Source: a virus. From it: DNA of 64,000 nucleotides. Location of the stretch: IMG/VR virus record IMGVR_UViG_3300022902_000004, positions 254,268 to 318,267 of that record; one strand, given 5' to 3'. The notes under the pieces were generated by a model, which saw only the letters and a program-made list of their open reading frames with translations, was not told the DNA's origin and searched no databases. Positions 1 to 8,697 of the stretch are shown one piece after another (the stretch's first letter is position 1; each line of letters begins with the position of its first letter). The position numbers and the translations under genes are program-made.

Positions 1-85
1 GAAGAACAGATCATTCCGACATCTCCCACTGCGACCGACGGGTACAACATGTCCGTCTTGGTAATCTTGACTACATCGCCGATCT

Positions 86-310
86 TCATTCATCACCTAC
101 CAGTTCGAACTCGTTTTCATAAAGGATGATTTTCACGTTTCCAAAGATCCCGGTGTGACGCAGTGCACCTTTCTGGTATATTCCTCTTACGTTTTTGTAG
201 CACTGCGTGGGATTTCCCAGGAGACCAATGGAACCCTCGTGCACGACAGTATTATTACTTACTATTGTCCTGTTTATTCGAATCAAGGGTGATGGGTTTG
301 AATTACTCAT
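86..310 (-). CDS. small paralog family A protein (KGDLV / YENEFELV beta-barrel-like), start refined to MSNSNPS
   Basis: ORF 86..376 trimmed to the internal ATG at 310, which has an AAGGTGG RBS. C-terminal ILYENEFELV resembles 307..495 and 21161..21364. Confidence 0.55.
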   Translation of the reverse strand: MSNSNPSPLIRINRTIVSNNTVVHEGSIGLLGNPTQCYKNVRGIYQKGALRHTGIFGNVKIILYENEFELVGDE

Positions 311-495
311 GATGCTACCACCTTGAACTCGTCGTCGTAAAGCGTATGATACTCGGTGCCAAACAAAACAACCCACCTGGATAGGCTGGGATCTGATTTG
401 TGGCTAATGATGGTATAAAGCTGGCCAATGTCGCCCTTCAGTCCGCCGACGAACGGCGAATCAATCAGGATTTCTACCAGGTCACCCTTTTTCAT
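307..495 (-). CDS. small paralog family A protein (MKKGDLVEIL...)
   Basis: Internal start MKKGDLV. ATGA overlap with the downstream gene. Family motif GDLV ... Y.DEFKVV. Confidence 0.55.
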   Translation of the reverse strand: MKKGDLVEILIDSPFVGGLKGDIGQLYTIISHKSDPSLSRWVVLFGTEYHTLYDDEFKVVAS

Positions 496-707
496 TATTG
501 ACCTGCCGCGGCGTAACCGCACATAATAAACCCACCGATGCCGGCCGCTAGACCAACACACCAGGCGATAAGTGAAATCATTGTAGTTTTTAGCGGTTCA
601 TCATTGTTTACCGTAAACGACAATATCAAACTCACGAAGCCCGTGATGGTTGACACTGAAGTCAGCAAAAACCCAATGCACAAAAGAATGATTCCGGCGG
701 TTACCAT
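495..707 (-). CDS. small membrane protein (2 TM)
   Basis: 70 aa, hydrophobic segments; start/stop abut neighbours. Confidence 0.45.
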   Translation of the reverse strand: MVTAGIILLCIGFLLTSVSTITGFVSLILSFTVNNDEPLKTTMISLIAWCVGLAAGIGGFIMCGYAAAGQ

Positions 708-940
708 TAGTTGACCTTCCGCGTGATGAAAATCATGCCGGTGACATACTCATGGGAAACAGCTTTCCAATTGTCACCCACGGCGTTGATTTTGGCGATG
801 ACCTCGTTCGCAGCCTCTTTGGTATCAAACTGAACCAGCCAATCCTCAGAACCAAGCTCATCGCGACCATCGCTGGTTTCGATAATGTCCTGGACCTCGA
901 ACAAGCGCTGCAGGCTCCAATCGCTCCAACCGTTAACCAT
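707..940 (-). CDS. small paralog family B protein (EDWLVQFD motif)
   Basis: 77 aa; motif shared with 13515..13781, 31439..31672 and 20148..20351. Confidence 0.5.
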   Translation of the reverse strand: MVNGWSDWSLQRLFEVQDIIETSDGRDELGSEDWLVQFDTKEAANEVIAKINAVGDNWKAVSHEYVTGMIFITRKVN

Positions 941-967
941 GATAAGCTCCGTAGTTTCTGGTCCCCT

Positions 968-1014
968 TCCCCGGGGACATATATATTATACCACGTTTTT
1001 CACCGTCTTACACG
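968..1014 (-). promoter_or_regulatory. repeated early-promoter cassette (extended -10 TGGTATAAT plus upstream GTGTAAG element)
   Basis: Plus-strand ccccggggacatatatattataccacg...cttacacg. On the minus strand this is the TGnTATAAT consensus. Confidence 0.5.
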
Positions 1015-1358
1015 AGTTCGAACACATCCTTTTCATTATCATCAACCAAATATCGATTCCACTCTGGTGAATGAATGCGTCCATCCCGGAGGCGATCCCA
1101 TGGGCGTGCCCAGGAAACAGTTCCACCAGGAACCGGCAAAGAAACCCGCTTTGGGTTCTCTTCATCACGCATGTATAGCGCCCATGATTCATCAGGATCA
1201 GCTTTTCGAACATGCCGTCGGGCCAACTTCCAAGCCGTGGAAGGGTTATTGATCGATGTGCTGATTGCAATGACAAGATCCGGATCCCCCAGGGGTACTC
1301 CGGTTGAACGATGTTTGCATGGGTATGCGTCGAAAACGTAATCGATAAGCTCAGTCAT
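1008..1358 (-). CDS. hypothetical protein
   Basis: 116 aa ORF with GAAGGTG RBS; its stop lies in the upstream element of the promoter copy. Confidence 0.5.
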   Translation of the reverse strand: MTELIDYVFDAYPCKHRSTGVPLGDPDLVIAISTSINNPSTAWKLARRHVRKADPDESWALYMRDEENPKRVSLPVPGGTVSWARPWDRLRDGRIHSPEWNRYLVDDNEKDVFELV

Positions 1359-1584
1359 TTTGCACCTTCAAGGTATGGGTCCAGTAATCAACCTGCACCG
1401 CATAATGCACTGCGAAGAAAGCCAGAAGTCCTGTCGTAAGAAAACAGAAACTTGTTTCCATAAAACTTGATTCCGTGACTGGGATAAAGCAAGTTACAGT
1501 TACCATTGCCGAAAGTATAAACCCAACCATAAAATAATTGGAAATCCTATCGCACGTTTTCATTTCAGTTTGAAAATCTACCAT
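1351..1584 (-). CDS. small membrane protein
   Basis: ORF 1351..1602 trimmed to the internal ATG at 1584 after the stop of the 1578 gene. Hydrophobic. Confidence 0.45.
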   Translation of the reverse strand: MVDFQTEMKTCDRISNYFMVGFILSAMVTVTCFIPVTESSFMETSFCFLTTGLLAFFAVHYAVQVDYWTHTLKVQND

Positions 1585-1820
1585 TGGGACATGTCCTTGC
1601 ATTCGGCCTTACCGGCTCGACGGGCAGCCTTTTTGAGCACACGACGTTTGCGTGCCTTTTTAGCTGAGGATTTGTGAGAGGAGCGGATGTCACCACCCTT
1701 ACCTCGAAGATTGCCAGAGCTGGAGTTCCGCCCGTAGGCAAAGATATCGCCGCAATCAGGGTACTCGAGGATGGGCCACCTGATATTCGCAGGCAGAGTT
1801 TCGCTTCCGTAAATCTTCAT
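1578..1820 (-). CDS. small basic protein (Lys/Arg-rich C-terminus)
   Basis: ORF 1578..1859 trimmed to MKIYGSE with a GAGGAG RBS. The N-terminal MYILPGMP is read-through of the promoter cassette. Confidence 0.55.
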   Translation of the reverse strand: MKIYGSETLPANIRWPILEYPDCGDIFAYGRNSSSGNLRGKGGDIRSSHKSSAKKARKRRVLKKAARRAGKAECKDMSQW

Positions 1821-1840
1821 GGTCAGCTCCTCGACCGGCA

Positions 1841-1887
1841 TCCCCGGCAATATATACATTATACCACAAAGATAGGTATCTTACACG
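1841..1887 (-). promoter_or_regulatory. repeated early-promoter cassette
   Basis: tccccggcaatatatacattataccac ... cttacacg. Confidence 0.5.
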
Positions 1888-2246
1888 TCGTGATAAAGAT
1901 TTCGGTATGTCTTCGTTTTTTCGTCCCATTCCAAGAATAACCCACAGTCAACGTTTGTTTGTTTTCCGTGAATCCAATATTCGTCACCGTTACGGTGTCG
2001 TACAGCCGGGTTGGGCAAACCTCTGTGACATGACCATGGAACATCTTCATCAGGAAATTCTTGGTTTGGGTTTACAGAATACTCAAATCGGCCGTCTGCG
2101 GCAATCCAAACACGATTGATGCCGTTTGAAACTAGGACCGACACCCCATTAATTCCTGTATCGATGGTGCCATCTATGATCGTGATGTTCTCCGGGCCGA
2201 ACTCGATCATAAACTCAGTCACGATTTTTGCCTGAATTGGTGTCAT
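1881..2246 (-). CDS. MTPxQ-leader superfamily protein (TEFM variant, MORN-like C-terminal repeats)
   Basis: Internal start MTPIQAKIVTEFM. ATGA overlap with 2243..2776. C-terminal NG..E.W repeats. Confidence 0.55.
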   Translation of the reverse strand: MTPIQAKIVTEFMIEFGPENITIIDGTIDTGINGVSVLVSNGINRVWIAADGRFEYSVNPNQEFPDEDVPWSCHRGLPNPAVRHRNGDEYWIHGKQTNVDCGLFLEWDEKTKTYRNLYHDV

Positions 2247-2776
2247 TTCGTTTTCTCCCACTCTGCGATCGTGAACCGCTGGTATTCGCGAGAGAAATTG
2301 CCGCCCTGGCAAATGCCTGGCACATCATTTTCAATGATTTCTTGCCTGAAAGTTTCGAGCCACTCGCCGGCCATTACCGAGGTATCAGCGAAAAACGTTT
2401 CGCGCGCGACATGTTTCTGAAAGAGCAGGTATTCCCCGGCCCCGAAAAACAAGTAAATGACGATGTGCCCGTCAAACTCTATAATCCGTCCGGACCACTT
2501 GGTGCCTTCTTCAAACACAAGAAAACGGCCGCCAGGCTCAGACCTCGCCCAAAGCGATGGGAACTCGGCGACGACCTTCGAGTAAGAAGTACACCGGGCG
2601 ACAACACGGTCATCCTCGTGGACATCATTCCCATACATCGAATAAAACGAGACCTCATGGGTCAGGAGTTTATCCTTCCCGAACTTGATATTTTTTGTGC
2701 GAATCGTTGTGCCATGGTACGACTTCTTGTTGTTTTCATCGTACAGGACTTTTGAATCGTATTTGATTTTCGTCAT
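2243..2776 (-). CDS. hypothetical protein (177 aa)
   Basis: Long ORF; operon-like overlaps at both ends. Confidence 0.55.
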   Translation of the reverse strand: MTKIKYDSKVLYDENNKKSYHGTTIRTKNIKFGKDKLLTHEVSFYSMYGNDVHEDDRVVARCTSYSKVVAEFPSLWARSEPGGRFLVFEEGTKWSGRIIEFDGHIVIYLFFGAGEYLLFQKHVARETFFADTSVMAGEWLETFRQEIIENDVPGICQGGNFSREYQRFTIAEWEKTK

Positions 2777-3012
2777 TATGCGTACTCACCCTGGAACTCT
2801 TCGCGAGCCAGGATGGTCTCTTCGATGAAATCGCGCTCTTCCTTGTACCACCAATCGCGGTCAGTGTGCTCCGACCACTGGCAAACACACTCAGTCAGGG
2901 TGCTCAGCAGATCGGGAAGGAAGGACTTATCCTCAATCATGGCCCATTCGGTCATGACTGGGTCAACGACATCTTTGATTTCTTTCTTTTCTTTATCTGA
3001 AAGGCGAACCAT
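2776..3012 (-). CDS. hypothetical acidic protein
   Basis: ORF trimmed to MVRLSDKEKKEIKD with an AGGAGA RBS. The MDMLPGIP extension is a promoter artefact. Confidence 0.55.
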   Translation of the reverse strand: MVRLSDKEKKEIKDVVDPVMTEWAMIEDKSFLPDLLSTLTECVCQWSEHTDRDWWYKEERDFIEETILAREEFQGEYA

Positions 3013-3035
3013 GGTGTCTCCTGGGCATGCCGGTA

Positions 3036-3082
3036 TCCCCGGCAACATATCCATTATACCACGACTTACGGAGTTTTACACG
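3036..3082 (-). promoter_or_regulatory. repeated early-promoter cassette
   Basis: tccccggcaacatatccattataccacg ... ttttacacg. Confidence 0.5.
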
Positions 3083-3089
3083 TAGTCGG

Positions 3090-3476
3090 CTATTTAGAAA
3101 CGACCTCGACAAGTTCTCGCTTGAGGTAAACCTGCTCGCCGGTCTCCGTGTCAAGCACCTTGACCATCCCGCCAATCGGGTTGCCCCAACCAAGTCGAAC
3201 CTGGCAGCGAGCTCGGAGAACCATGTAGCACATGTCGCGACGGAGCTTCACCATCGTCGACTGGGGCGGGAGTTTGGTCTCGCCGGCATCGGTCATGCCA
3301 CGTGAAGCGGGCGAGTTCCGCCATTCATTCTGCTCTTTGGCAGTGGTAGGTCGCCGAGCGATGACCAAGCCGTTGTCATCATCATCCATGGTGCCCAAAG
3401 ACCAGGTTAACTCGCCTCCGTTCCGCTCTGAAAAGCACGTCGCGACGTTGAGTTGGACTAGATTTCCCTTTCGCAT
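3090..3476 (-). CDS. hypothetical protein
   Basis: 128 aa, AGGAG RBS. Confidence 0.55.
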   Translation of the reverse strand: MRKGNLVQLNVATCFSERNGGELTWSLGTMDDDDNGLVIARRPTTAKEQNEWRNSPASRGMTDAGETKLPPQSTMVKLRRDMCYMVLRARCQVRLGWGNPIGGMVKVLDTETGEQVYLKRELVEVVSK

Positions 3477-3502
3477 GGTAACTCCTGATTCGTAGGGCCG
3501 GT

Positions 3503-3550
3503 ATCCCCGGCAACATATACATTATACCACGAGATGAGACATCTTACACG
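3503..3550 (-). promoter_or_regulatory. repeated early-promoter cassette
   Basis: tccccggcaacatatacattataccacg ... cttacacg. Confidence 0.5.
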
Positions 3551-3743
3551 AATCGGGAAGCTTTTCTAGTTGGGCAGGTTTTGCCATCAGTTTCCGGCCT
3601 TCGACAAGTATGTCGAAATAAACAGATCCAGAAGGACCTTTGTAAGGGCCTTTCAGGATGAGCGCATAAAGTTCCGGCACAGATCTCCGCCTGACGACCT
3701 TGACGATGTCCCCTGTGAAGATTGGTGGCAGCTTTTCCATCAC
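3522..3743 (-). CDS. hypothetical protein (73 aa)
   Basis: ATGA overlap with 3740..4429. Stop lies inside the promoter upstream element. Confidence 0.5.
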   Translation of the reverse strand: MMEKLPPIFTGDIVKVVRRRSVPELYALILKGPYKGPSGSVYFDILVEGRKLMAKPAQLEKLPDSCKMSHLVV

Positions 3744-4429
3744 TCCTCGTCGACAGGGCGCAATGTCTTTTTCGAGACCACCTTCTTGGCACCCTCAATC
3801 ATGATTTCACACCTACGCTTTCCAGGCTGGCAGTCGATAATCATAACGACGTCGCCTTTCTTGGTCTTGGCGAGTCCCCCTGAGAACATCCAGGCGCCGA
3901 ACTCATCTTTTGGGACGATTCGTTCTTCTTTCGTCGCGATGAATTTTCGGGTTGCCTTGGGATCGACGTTCTGGGCGTTCCAAAGCGTGGACATGTCGGT
4001 GCCAAACTCTTTGTCGATTCGACGATTTGTTTGCAATAGCTTCACACGTTCTGCAGCACCATCAGTGATTCGACTAATCGTGTCATAATCGCAGAGCCAC
4101 TCAGTTCGTCGCTCAGCTTTTTTCCTGTTTCTTTTACGATTGCCGAGGTACCTCTTACGATGCTTCTTGTACGCCGCCTTGATTTTAGCGGGATCATGGG
4201 CTTCAGCAATCGCATGTGCAACAGCCTGGAGTTTGGCGACTTCACGACCAGCTTCAAGCCAGCCTGGATCGCTTTTATCCATATCCAGGAACACGGCGGC
4301 GGCCTCCTTGTAGTCCCTGTACGGCCCGGGGCCGGTCATGATCGCCTCGAACTTCTCTTGTCGACGCTGATACACAGCAGCAAGGACAGCACCTCGTTCC
4401 GATTTATTGATTGCAAGACTCATTCGCAT
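3740..4429 (-). CDS. hypothetical protein (229 aa, basic middle region)
   Basis: AGGAAACACC RBS. Confidence 0.6.
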   Translation of the reverse strand: MRMSLAINKSERGAVLAAVYQRRQEKFEAIMTGPGPYRDYKEAAAVFLDMDKSDPGWLEAGREVAKLQAVAHAIAEAHDPAKIKAAYKKHRKRYLGNRKRNRKKAERRTEWLCDYDTISRITDGAAERVKLLQTNRRIDKEFGTDMSTLWNAQNVDPKATRKFIATKEERIVPKDEFGAWMFSGGLAKTKKGDVVMIIDCQPGKRRCEIMIEGAKKVVSKKTLRPVDEE

Positions 4430-4437
4430 GGTGTTTC

Positions 4438-5184
4438 CTACTTGATGATGAAATGCTTTCGTTTTGTGCCGGCCACATCACAGCGAATGAAGCTTTTGTC
4501 ATTCGCGCAGAGCCACATAATGTCGCCATACACTTTCACATCGCCGTCGATTAGGCGCATGAGCTGTGTCGGTGTCTGTTGTACGAAACGAATGCCATCT
4601 CGCGTAAGCTTTTTGACAAGCTTGTTTTTGACCCGAGTTCGTCGAGCCATTGCCTTCGTGGCCTTCTTTTTGACGCCAACCCGCTTGACAACCTTTTTGG
4701 CAGTCTTCTTCTTGGCAGGTTTTTCTTTCTTCTTGTATGTTCCAACGACCCAGGCATTCACAATCCGTGAGCCCAGGGGAACACCCCACGTGTCGATGCA
4801 TTTTCCATCAATGACCGCGAACACATGGGCTCGCATCTGGCAGAAAAACGTGCCGGTTGGGTTCTCACGAAGAAACACACCAATCGTCTGTTTTTTGCTT
4901 GGATGAATGTGGGGAACCTTCGAGATTTTGACGCCCAGCAGGCGGCCGGTCATCATGCTCGAGTAGATTCGATGAGTTGGTGTCCCACGGCGAGGTCGGC
5001 GACCGAGTCGCTCAGCCCAAGCATGTGCCTCTTTGTACGTTTTTCCGGAGACCGTCATGGCCGCGCGAACTGCACAATCATTGCGCTCACCAGGAAACCG
5101 ACTCCCATTGTAAGTGGTTCGAGTCCAGGGCACAATCTTCCGGACGGGGCGGCGATACATGTAGTCAAACTGATTCGTTCGCAT
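4438..5184 (-). CDS. hypothetical protein with Lys-rich linker (248 aa)
   Basis: GGAGAAAAAC RBS; KKKEKPAKKKTAKK low-complexity linker. Confidence 0.6.
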   Translation of the reverse strand: MRTNQFDYMYRRPVRKIVPWTRTTYNGSRFPGERNDCAVRAAMTVSGKTYKEAHAWAERLGRRPRRGTPTHRIYSSMMTGRLLGVKISKVPHIHPSKKQTIGVFLRENPTGTFFCQMRAHVFAVIDGKCIDTWGVPLGSRIVNAWVVGTYKKKEKPAKKKTAKKVVKRVGVKKKATKAMARRTRVKNKLVKKLTRDGIRFVQQTPTQLMRLIDGDVKVYGDIMWLCANDKSFIRCDVAGTKRKHFIIK

Positions 5185-5206
5185 GTTTTTCTCCAGAGGG
5201 GAACCA

Positions 5207-5253
5207 TCCCCGGCAACATAGTAATTATACCACGTTGGGGGACGTTTTACACG
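5207..5253 (-). promoter_or_regulatory. repeated early-promoter cassette
   Basis: ccatccccggcaacatagtaattataccacg ... ttttacacg. Confidence 0.5.
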
Positions 5254-5265
5254 AAACTGAACGAG

Positions 5266-5694
5266 CTAGGCAATCAATTGCAGGCTTTTTTCCCGGGCGT
5301 CTGACTTGGTCTTGTCAGCCCAGAGAATCATGTAGCCACCGTATGTCATGTGGGAGAGTACCAACCCCTGCTTTCCGGCAAGGTGAACTGACCGCTTCGG
5401 CTGTTTAGCACGACCTTCGACCAGGGAGCCGACCTTGTATTTCGGAGGGGGAGGGCATATGTAGTTGAGGAGCTGGGTGATGTTATCCGGGTAGAAACCA
5501 GGAAAGTAGTCAGTCATCGAATCAGGCATATCAGCCGAACGACGAACGTGAAGGCTCATAGCCTCACCGTCCTGAACATACCAGGAGTATGTGTACTCTC
5601 CGTGAACACCCCAGGCTTTCCGACCTTCGCGGGACATCATGGGAGCCTTCCCCAGGCGTTTGGTGGCTTTCGTCATGGCTTTGGTGTGCAGCAT
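5266..5694 (-). CDS. hypothetical protein (142 aa)
   Basis: GGAG RBS. Confidence 0.55.
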   Translation of the reverse strand: MLHTKAMTKATKRLGKAPMMSREGRKAWGVHGEYTYSWYVQDGEAMSLHVRRSADMPDSMTDYFPGFYPDNITQLLNYICPPPPKYKVGSLVEGRAKQPKRSVHLAGKQGLVLSHMTYGGYMILWADKTKSDAREKSLQLIA

Positions 5695-5715
5695 TTAGGG
5701 CTCCGTAGTTTCAGG

Positions 5716-5768
5716 TCCCCTTCCCCGGGAACATATACATTATACCACGATTTGAGCCATCTTACACG
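5716..5768 (-). promoter_or_regulatory. repeated early-promoter cassette
   Basis: ccccttccccgggaacatatacattataccacg ... cttacacg. Confidence 0.5.
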
Positions 5769-5770
5769 TT

Positions 5771-6076
5771 TTAGAAATATATTTCTCCGCTGGCGACCCC
5801 ACGGACGAACATGTCATCTTCCCAGAACTCGACGTCTCCGTTTGGGTAAACCACGGCCGGTTTTCCAACACGATGATACTTCCCCTCGGCATTGATGTAA
5901 ATAAGTTTGCCGTCCGGTGAGATGATAACATCTTCACCACTCGAAAGTGAAACTGATATCGGACGATTTGCAGCCGGAACGAATACGATGAATTTTTTAT
6001 GCGCCTCCTGAAATTCGCAGGTATGACCTGAGGCGAGCAACTTCGTAACAGCCAACGCTTGTTTTGGCGTCATCAA
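5771..6076 (-). CDS. MTPxQ-leader superfamily protein with MORN-like C-terminus
   Basis: N-terminal MMTPKQALAVTKLL plus KPAVVYPNGDVEFWEDD. Confidence 0.55.
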   Translation of the reverse strand: MMTPKQALAVTKLLASGHTCEFQEAHKKFIVFVPAANRPISVSLSSGEDVIISPDGKLIYINAEGKYHRVGKPAVVYPNGDVEFWEDDMFVRGVASGEIYF

Positions 6077-6318
6077 TCAGGCTCCCCGTGAACCCACCAC
6101 TCTCCGCTCCCATCGGCATAAACTACAGCCGGCAAGTGATTATCCCGGTGGAGTTCTCGATCATGATCCATCCAGTATGTGGCGTAATCTTGGCCATCGA
6201 CATGAACGTGTCCTGCCGAGTGAAACAAAAGCACACAATCATCAAACCCGAACTCAATACTCGAAACAACGACATCATGCATGACATCGTTGATGAGCTT
6301 TAGCACTCTCGGGTCCAC
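6073..6318 (-). CDS. small protein (KLINDV N-terminus, LPAVVYADGSGEWW C-terminus), probable GTG start
   Basis: Frame opens at a GTG directly after the TAA of 6319..6750. Family motifs present. Confidence 0.45.
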   Translation of the reverse strand: MDPRVLKLINDVMHDVVVSSIEFGFDDCVLLFHSAGHVHVDGQDYATYWMDHDRELHRDNHLPAVVYADGSGEWWVHGEPD

Positions 6319-6750
6319 TTAGACCTTGGAGAGCATGTGTGGGGGAACGCGGTAATACGTCGAACCGTAGACGTAACCCTCAGGCTCAACCGAAACGGTT
6401 TTGCGATTCACACGTTTGACCCAACCGGTCACCCGCATTCCAGTCCGAGACGAGACGAAAGTGACCTTGTCACCTCGGTAGAAACTCTCAGGGAACACGA
6501 TTTTGTCACCAGCTCGACGTGGCTTCGGCGAGTCGACCGGAGATGGAGCAGGACCTTCATTGGTCACGCTTAGCAAGCTAGGAGGCACAGTCCAGATGGT
6601 GCCCACCGGGCGCCGCCCTTGGCGACGTGGCTCAAGCTGCTCGACTTTCACCTTCACGCGATTCACCTTGGTGACACGTGCACGAGTCTGCTCACCGCCT
6701 GGGCGGCCAAAGTAAACTTCCAGACCAACATAGCAATCAAACTTATTCAT
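6319..6750 (-). CDS. protein with two KOW/SH3-like beta-barrel repeats
   Basis: 143 aa, AAAGAGG RBS. Two GDKV...V repeats. Confidence 0.55.
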   Translation of the reverse strand: MNKFDCYVGLEVYFGRPGGEQTRARVTKVNRVKVKVEQLEPRRQGRRPVGTIWTVPPSLLSVTNEGPAPSPVDSPKPRRAGDKIVFPESFYRGDKVTFVSSRTGMRVTGWVKRVNRKTVSVEPEGYVYGSTYYRVPPHMLSKV

Positions 6751-6778
6751 GAGAACCTCTTTGTTATGGCGCCGGCCT

Positions 6779-6824
6779 CCCCGGCAACATATACATTATA
6801 CCACGAAATGACGACTCTTACACG
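6779..6824 (-). promoter_or_regulatory. repeated early-promoter cassette
   Basis: ctccccggcaacatatacattataccacg ... cttacacg. Confidence 0.5.
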
Positions 6825-6825
6825 T

Positions 6826-7026
6826 TTAGGTCCCTCTTTTTGGGTCTGCCCAAACGTAGAGATATGGTTCATCCGGATTGATTGGGCAACTAACTGCAAT
6901 CGTTCGATACTTCCCGACCAACGACATTATGTTTTCGAGAGACAACGGAATCAATGTCGGTTTTCCAACACCTTTCAGGTTGACGCTGATTTCGTTTACT
7001 TCGACTTGCTTTTGTTTCTTTTTCAT
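6826..7026 (-). CDS. small hypothetical protein
   Basis: ORF 6826..7119 trimmed to MKKKQKQVEV. ATGA overlap with 7023..7364. Confidence 0.45.
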   Translation of the reverse strand: MKKKQKQVEVNEISVNLKGVGKPTLIPLSLENIMSLVGKYRTIAVSCPINPDEPYLYVWADPKRGT

Positions 7027-7364
7027 AATGTCATTGTAACAAGTTTTTCTTCGATTTTCATTTCCAGCATGTTCATTTCGTGCCCAATATCCGACGGGTA
7101 CCCATGGATTCGCGCCCAATAGTTCACGCCGGAAAAGAGCACGCCATATGTGTCATCAACGTGCCCTTCCATAAAATATGGGACGACGTGGTCATCCGAA
7201 AGAGCAAGATACACGCTATATGTCCTGATTCCGAAATGAGTGATGTTCACGACATACGATTCGTCAGTGCTACCAGGCGAGCCCTGTACCGGAACGATCT
7301 TATCAATCGCAACGTCAGGGCACGCCATTAGCTTCGTGATCAGCTCTGTATATCGTAGGTGCAT
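7023..7364 (-). CDS. MTPxQ-leader superfamily protein (ELITKLMACPD)
   Basis: 113 aa, GAGAG RBS, family D N-terminal helix. Confidence 0.55.
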   Translation of the reverse strand: MHLRYTELITKLMACPDVAIDKIVPVQGSPGSTDESYVVNITHFGIRTYSVYLALSDDHVVPYFMEGHVDDTYGVLFSGVNYWARIHGYPSDIGHEMNMLEMKIEEKLVTMTL

Positions 7365-7371
7365 TATCTCT

Positions 7372-7626
7372 CTACCACGCCCGAGACTGGCGAGAGCTCA
7401 CCTGGCGCTGGAGCAGGTTGTCTTCAACCAGTCGCGTCATGAATGCCTCATGGACACCGTCAAAGTCGCAGCACTCACCTGTGAACAAGACCGGAACCCC
7501 GTCCAGCTCAGTCAGATAGCCACGCACTTTCGGTGCATCCCGGCTCCCACCGGAAAGGTGGTTGTTGCAGTGGTCACACGTGCTTTTGTAGTTGACAAAT
7601 CGTTTTTCTGCAGTACGTGCGTTCAT
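7372..7626 (-). CDS. Cys-rich small protein (zinc-binding-like)
   Basis: Trimmed to MNARTAEK with an AGGAG RBS. Motifs CDHCNNH ... GECCDFDG. Confidence 0.5.
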   Translation of the reverse strand: MNARTAEKRFVNYKSTCDHCNNHLSGGSRDAPKVRGYLTELDGVPVLFTGECCDFDGVHEAFMTRLVEDNLLQRQVSSRQSRAW

Positions 7627-7654
7627 GATGCGCTCCTGGCGTTCTGGGACCATC

Positions 7655-7702
7655 GGTCCGGATTACATAAATATTATACCACACTTTTCGCACTCTTACA
7701 CG
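7655..7702 (-). promoter_or_regulatory. repeated early-promoter cassette
   Basis: gattacataaatattataccaca ... cttacacg. Confidence 0.45.
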
Positions 7703-7980
7703 TATGTTATCCGATCACGCCGTTTAATTCCATATTCCCAGCGTTCAGTCTGGCCATTTGGATGGATAACTGCCGGCAGCGAATCAGACCTGTGCTTAAC
7801 CCAGCCTCGGTCGCGATCGAATATGTGGTATGTGATTCTTCCAGGTGCAGAAATCATGACTGAACACTTTCCCGTGATACACGCGTTTGCCGTTCCTGCA
7901 GGTGTAACATACAATTCGACGCACTCAGCACCGTGGCAGTTCATGAATTCAGTTATTATTTTCGTTTGGTATGGGTTCAT
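7696..7980 (-). CDS. MTPxQ-leader superfamily protein (TEFM / HGAE variant)
   Basis: MNPYQTKIITEFMNCHGAECV ... LPAVIHPNGQTERWEYG. Confidence 0.55.
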   Translation of the reverse strand: MNPYQTKIITEFMNCHGAECVELYVTPAGTANACITGKCSVMISAPGRITYHIFDRDRGWVKHRSDSLPAVIHPNGQTERWEYGIKRRDRITYV

Positions 7981-8352
7981 TTAGTCACACGAGGTGGCGC
8001 GGTATGCGGTCCAAACCTCACGACCGTCAGAAAGGGTTTCAACCTTCGTGGCCCGGGTGCCGTATCCGCAGGGGTGATAACCGGCGATGAGATTCTCAAT
8101 CCACTCTTTGCAAAGCTGGGGCTCACCGACGAGCTTGAAGTTGACGGAGTAGTTATCACTTTTCCGTTTCACGCTGAATTTGCGGGCCTGCTTTAGGGTC
8201 CACTCAGCGGCGACAAGCCAGCCACGATTCGAGGTGAACACACGGTCACCCTTGATTCGCTTATTCACAGCCTCAGGGGTATGACCGGTCAGCTCACAGA
8301 TTTCGTCGCGGAGCTTACGATACTCAGCACGCTGGTCTTCAATCTTCGACAT
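7981..8352 (-). CDS. hypothetical protein (123 aa)
   Basis: AGGAGAG RBS. TAAATG junction with the downstream gene. Confidence 0.55.
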   Translation of the reverse strand: MSKIEDQRAEYRKLRDEICELTGHTPEAVNKRIKGDRVFTSNRGWLVAAEWTLKQARKFSVKRKSDNYSVNFKLVGEPQLCKEWIENLIAGYHPCGYGTRATKVETLSDGREVWTAYRATSCD

Positions 8353-8373
8353 GGTCTCTCCTGGGTCAAGTCA

Positions 8374-8423
8374 CCATTCCCGGTGACATATCCATTATAC
8401 CATGAAACGACGACTCTTACACG
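8374..8423 (-). promoter_or_regulatory. repeated early-promoter cassette
   Basis: ccattcccggtgacatatccattataccatg ... cttacacg. Confidence 0.45.
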
Positions 8424-8429
8424 AAACTT

Positions 8430-8697
8430 TATTCCAATATCGTGGGCTGCCCGTTCTGGTAAAAAAAGCCAATGCCATTGCCGCATACGACAGCAGGTTT
8501 CAGCAGGTCGTCGCGGTGGAGTTGAGCACCTTTCCAGTGCTTCAGTTGGTACCGAGAATCTTCGTGGAGGAAAACACCCAACGTATACGGGTGCACAACA
8601 TATGTAACGATTCCGGGAGGCTATCGTCTACACGAACATTTTCAGCCCCATGCTTCGTCATGAACTCAGTTACCGCTGACAACTGTTGGCCTGTCAT
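8430..8697 (-). pseudogene. frameshifted member of the TEFM / MORN-like family
   Basis: Frame 0 gives MTGQQLSAVTEFMTKHGAENV, then a stop. A second frame downstream encodes ...YVVHPYTLGVF...LKPAVVCGNGIGFFYQNGQ, the family C-terminus. Confidence 0.4.

Noticed and set aside
752-1252. Plus-strand ORFs of 100-300 aa that run antisense to minus-strand genes (752..1252, 3570..4088, 4160..4906, 9783..10430, 12049..12651, 39551..40495, 45842..46660 and similar)
   Set aside because: They overlap better-supported minus-strand genes with RBSs and family or domain signatures. They lack RBSs and recognisable motifs, and the promoter cassettes are all oriented for minus-strand transcription.
1841-1859. N-terminal extensions MYILPGMP, MDMLPGIP, MYMLPGMITGPP, MFMLPGRFPDP on several ORFs
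   Set aside because: They are translations of the conserved promoter cassette (GGGGATGCCGG...) upstream of the real RBS and start. Starts were moved to the internal ATG with a Shine-Dalgarno.
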